A stretch of DNA of 62,151 bases, counting the filler, from Nemertoderma westbladi (lineage: Eukaryota; Animalia; Xenacoelomorpha), in the NCBI GenBank assembly GCA_032718475.1. It is 3 parts of 3 records of this genome, joined end to end, with 100 filler letters (N's around TTAATTAATTAA, not from the genome) between each part and the next. Parts side by side here need not be neighbours in the genome. Positions count along the whole stretch, not along the records: positions 57,075 to 62,151 come from JAUCBJ010004081.1; 2 more parts are not named here. One strand, given 5' to 3'. How positions within the stretch are numbered: the stretch's first letter is position 1; each line of letters starts with the position of its first letter. The notes beneath the pieces are model-generated. The model did no database searches. It saw only the letters and a program-made list of their open reading frames with translations, and was not told where the DNA came from. Shown here in pieces: positions 59,040 through 62,151 of the stretch. Made by a program: the position numbers and the translations under genes.

Positions 59040-60884
59040 ATGGGTGTAATAGCTTTAACCTTCGAATTCTTATACACCTACCCAACTGTTTTATTCTCTG
59101 TAACTGTAGCAATATTGGGCTCTGTCATCGTTGTAAAACTACGGGGCGGACGACCAAAGGGTCCCAATCCCTTCGCGAGTAACGCAATACGTTTGGCGGA
59201 ACCGCTGGTAACGGACAACGCCGTGCGTAAAGCGGTCCTCAAACAGAAGTTCCATCGGGACAAGGTTCCCGGGGAGCTGGACGCTATCGTTATAGGGTCT
59301 GGGATAGGCGGGCTAACCGTGGCCGCTATACTAGCGAAGGTTGGTAAGCGGGTGCTGGTACTGGAGCAGCACAACATCGCAGGCGGTTGCACTCACACCT
59401 ACAGGAACAAAGGATTCGAGTTCGATGTCGGAATACATTACGTCGGAGAGATGGGGAGCGGTCAGGCGAACCGATTCATAGTGGATCAGCTGACGGAGGG
59501 CCAACTGCAATGGGAGCCCATAGTGGACGACTTCGACCACGTGGTTATCGGCGACGAAGATTATCGGACTTATAAGATCCACGGGAATTACGATAGATTC
59601 ATCGACGGGATTATCTCTGACTTCCCGGGAGAGGAACCTGCGATTCGCGAGTACGCGAAACTTCTGCGACACAAAAGGATGCGAATATCTCAGGCGTTCG
59701 CGCTGAAGATGATACCCTTATGGGCGAGCAGACTGCTGGTCGCTTTGGGTCTGCACCACAGACTGTCTGCGTTCTTTGGAGCGGCGTCCCAAACCGTCGA
59801 TAACTACCTGGAAGCTCTGACAAGCGACCCCGAGTTGCGAGCAGTCCTCGCGTACAACTTCGGGGATTACGGGGTGATCCCCGACGAGGGATCCCTGGGG
59901 ATGCATCTCAGTCTGAACCGGCACTTCCTACGCAACGGGGTCTACTTCCCGGTGGGTGGAGCGTCGCAGATCGCATTCGCGATGATCCCGGTGGTGGAGC
60001 GTCCGGGCGGGGCCGTCCTCACCGGGGCGCGCGTCGCCCGGGTGCTGATGACGCCCTCGGGCGCCGCCCACGGCGTCGAGGTCCGACCCAAGTCGGGCGA
60101 GGCCGTACAGCTGTTCGCCCCGGTGATTATCTCGGCGGCGGGACTCCCCAACACCCAACGACTCCTCCCCTCTCCGCTCAGTCTCGGCCCCAGTACAGTG
60201 GGCCCCGGTCCCGGTAACGCCGCTATCTCCCTGTTCGTCGGACTCTCCGGCAGCCCCTCAGAGTTGAACCTCCCTGGACGTCACTACTGGGTGTTCCAGA
60301 ACAACCGACTCTCGGAATCCGTCCGGGAGTACCTGTCGTTGGACGCTGAGACCGCCGGTCGACGGAAGCCGCCGCTGGCCTTCGTCACCTTTCCGAGTAG
60401 TAAAGACCCCACGTGGGAGTCGCGTTGCCCTGGGAGATCAGTGTGCACGGTGGTCTCCCTGGTTAACTACGAGTGGTTCCGTAGCTGGGAGACCGAGAGA
60501 CACAAACGTCGAGGAGAGGAGTACGAGGCGACGAAGGGAGCGATAGGTAGGCGGCTGTGGGAGCGGGTGCTGGACCTGTTCCCGCGGCTGGAGGACAAGG
60601 TTGTCCACATGGAGGTCGGGTCCCCGCTGTCCAACAACCACTACATCGGGTCCACCGCGGGGGAGATCTACGGGCTGCACCACGGCGGGGCGCGGTTCGA
60701 CCCGTGGACCTTCGCCCAACTGCGGCCGGCCACCCGCGTCCCAAGGTTGTATCTCAGCGGGCAGGACGTCTCGGTCTGCGGGTTCTCCGGGGCCATGATG
60801 GGCGGGTTGATATGCGCCTCCGAGGTACTGGGAAGGGACCTAACTACCGATATTAAACACCTAATGGCCAAATCAGCTAAATAA
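59040..60884 (+). CDS. RETSAT: All-trans-retinol 13,14-reductase (retinol saturase)-like FAD oxidoreductase, intronless
   Basis: N-terminal membrane anchor, PLVTD..RKAVLKQ, DAIVIGSGIGGL, VLVLEQH.AGGCTH, FEFDVGIHYVG, GDYG, FPVGGASQIA, FPSSKDP, GEIYGL.H, LYLSGQDV..CGFSGA. Confidence 0.95.
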   Translation: MGVIALTFEFLYTYPTVLFSVTVAILGSVIVVKLRGGRPKGPNPFASNAIRLAEPLVTDNAVRKAVLKQKFHRDKVPGELDAIVIGSGIGGLTVAAILAKVGKRVLVLEQHNIAGGCTHTYRNKGFEFDVGIHYVGEMGSGQANRFIVDQLTEGQLQWEPIVDDFDHVVIGDEDYRTYKIHGNYDRFIDGIISDFPGEEPAIREYAKLLRHKRMRISQAFALKMIPLWASRLLVALGLHHRLSAFFGAASQTVDNYLEALTSDPELRAVLAYNFGDYGVIPDEGSLGMHLSLNRHFLRNGVYFPVGGASQIAFAMIPVVERPGGAVLTGARVARVLMTPSGAAHGVEVRPKSGEAVQLFAPVIISAAGLPNTQRLLPSPLSLGPSTVGPGPGNAAISLFVGLSGSPSELNLPGRHYWVFQNNRLSESVREYLSLDAETAGRRKPPLAFVTFPSSKDPTWESRCPGRSVCTVVSLVNYEWFRSWETERHKRRGEEYEATKGAIGRRLWERVLDLFPRLEDKVVHMEVGSPLSNNHYIGSTAGEIYGLHHGGARFDPWTFAQLRPATRVPRLYLSGQDVSVCGFSGAMMGGLICASEVLGRDLTTDIKHLMAKSAK

Positions 60885-62151
60885 ATTCGCTCCCCTGTCA
60901 ATCATTCCAACATACTTAACTTAATTCCTTAAATTAATACCCGACCCAACTAAGTACACATTTTAAGTGTCCGTCTTCATTATTTAACAATGCGGAGTCG
61001 CTTCTAGAATATTTTTATAATTCGTGGAGTGGAGATATAATTAATATTTTTTTCCAAAAACTGTAATTCATTATACCTGTATCTGTAACATTTAATTATT
61101 TATTTTTTTGGCTATGTGTGCTTACTCTTTGGCTAAGAAGGATTTTGACAGCGAAAAATATGATTAAATTCTACCAGGATTCATAAGTATTTGATAGTGG
61201 CGCCGCCCGTTCGTTCATAATAGATTATTTGAGTTAAATGTAAATACTAAACAGTGATACTAATACGTGAGCTGAGTAACTATGGGTGGATGACAAAGAT
61301 ATCCAAAGAATATCTCTAGTGGAACATATTTATTTATTACTGGAAATTCTAATGAAATTAGAATAATAGAAGCCAAACTGGGGAAGAATAACGAAGAATA
61401 ATAAGATGAATAATTGAAGGGCTGAGGATAAAAAGGTCCTATGTGACATTTGGTGCTATGAGACCTAACTTGATTATAATTAATCATAAAACGAATAATT
61501 CGAATAAACAATAATTCGTATTATACCATATATACCACACTCCGGCTATGTTTTTATATTGTACGGGGGGGGGGGGGGGGGGAGTGGGGGGGTTACGACC
61601 TCGCGTCAAAATATCACATATTTGTTGTTTCTTTATTTCACCTAGAGCATAATTTAATGGGATTTCAAATATGAAAATGGCTTAGCGAGATCTGTTGCAT
61701 GCATTTTGATAAATTACCTGAAGAAGCCCTGATGGGAGAAAGCTTGTAATAACTGTTGTTATTAATTCCATTAGTCACCTGAGGTCAACCCGCCCTACCA
61801 TAATCTATCGAACATCGGGATATAAAAAATTAGTAATTTACGGGACATTTTAAACCAACAATCTGAAGGCAACCACTAATTTGCGTTTTACTCGAAATGA
61901 CTTTTTGTGACTTGCGGTCTTTTTACATTGCCACAGCAGGACAACAACTGTAATGTGTAGGTAAAAAAAAACGCAAAAGTGTGATTATCTCAGTGTCACA
62001 TAGGACCTTTTTATGCTCAGACCTTCAATTAATTTACCGGTATCTATCTCGGTAACTTGAATTAGCATGTAATTTTTAATTATATCAAAAATTGCCTCAT
62101 ATATTAAGGTGACTTTATAATAATTTACACTAATATTAGCGAAGATTTATC

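Noticed and set aside
59040-60884. Bacterial phytoene desaturase acquired by horizontal transfer
   Set aside because: The N-terminal anchor and PLVTD..RK.VLKQ segment fit animal RETSAT.
59078-60901. Many antisense and alternate-frame ORFs over RETSAT (likewise over Tret1, BTBD9 and LIM)
   Set aside because: Shadow ORFs of real coding sequence with no independent motifs.

Overview
AT-rich animal (invertebrate-like) nuclear DNA, not prokaryotic, split by two 100-bp N-TTAATTAATTAA-N assembly spacers (29129-29228, 56975-57074). 1-12.4 kb is a decayed, partly tandem-duplicated Polinton/Maverick (adintovirus-like) region. Its protein-primed PolB pseudogene is interrupted by a 124-bp perfect-palindrome 'mini-Polinton' (AGTAGT termini, 6-bp TSD), and a longer fold-back terminus lies at ~7450-7762. 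13.2-21.3 kb is a CR1-group LINE interrupted by an almost intact full-length RTE-X-like LINE and a tRNA-derived SINE. 21.5-28.9 kb is a stack of nested non-autonomous DNA transposons with readable TIRs/TSDs, many sharing one ~50-bp bipartite motif. 29-62 kb holds host genes: Tret1/SLC2A8-like sugar transporter, BTBD9 (two exons), a 4-LIM protein inside BTBD9 intron 1, SLC35F5, one myosin-XVIII-like exon and RETSAT, plus minisatellites and MITEs. All family assignments come from motif recognition by eye; no database search was run.
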